Assembly: GCA_038207395.1 (NCBI GenBank)
Contig: JBBQZW010000001.1
Location: 77,530 to 141,529 of the forward strand
Source: Minisyncoccia bacterium
GTDB lineage: Bacteria > Patescibacteriota > Minisyncoccia > Phycocordibacterales > Phycocordibacteraceae
Direction: 5' to 3'
Length of the DNA stretch: 64,000 bases
Positions within the stretch are counted from its first letter, which is position 1. Each line of letters begins with the position of its first letter. The position numbers were made by a program, and so were the translations under genes. Below, piece by piece: positions 63,928 to 64,000 of the stretch. Below the pieces are notes generated by a model, which saw only the letters and a list, made by a program, of their open reading frames with translations, was not told the origin of the DNA and searched no databases.

Positions 63928-64000
63928 CGTTTTAGAGGATTTCGCAGGATCCCGCCACACAGGCAAGCTCTTTCTTAAGCTCAGTCTCATCGGACCGTTC

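Overview
This 64-kb chromosomal segment is gene-dense, with a streamlined housekeeping backbone. The backbone genes are serS, dprA-topA, rel, parB, miaA, rpmG-clpB, a cysteine desulfurase, infB-rbfA, gyrA, rpsA, pth, lepB, a hisS-like gene, rpsU-ybeY-ftsA-ftsZ, trxB, tsaD, valS, hsp20, lepA, murJ and rnpB. Eleven tRNA genes are scattered through the window, three of them tRNA-Leu. Several proteins are short for their families (IF-2 507 aa, ValRS 716 aa, Rel 550 aa). There are no rRNA genes and no CRISPR arrays. Together with a recurring two-transmembrane pilin-like module, these features fit a reduced-genome Patescibacteria/CPR-like organism; this is inference from gene content, not a database result.

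The accessory content is the interesting part. (1) A seven-gene minus-strand operon (24849-28982) runs from a promoter through a 53-aa Cys-containing peptide, a SAM methyltransferase, an orphan family-1 solute-binding-protein-like gene and five tandem paralogous small 2-TM pilin-like genes. (2) Two larger paralogs (9808-12318) fuse the same pilin-like module to extracellular C-terminal domains, one of them Rpf/lytic-transglycosylase-like. (3) A roughly 65% GC mini-island encodes a small secreted protein. (4) An ATP-grasp ligase sits next to an Asp/Glu-family racemase, suggesting a D-amino-acid ligation module. (5) A solitary PemK/MazF-like toxin lies between two terminators. (6) There is a duplication of the tRNA-Arg leader with a tRNA-like fragment. 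(7) There are degenerate HisRS-like and S1-protease-like proteins. (8) Several perfect palindromic operator-like sites overlap consensus sigma-70 promoters. An L33 gene (rpmG) is absent from the supplied ORF track, and a candidate SRP-like RNA lies near the serS 3' end at the start of the window.

All coordinates are read by hand from the sequence and may be off by a few nucleotides for RNA genes and hairpins.
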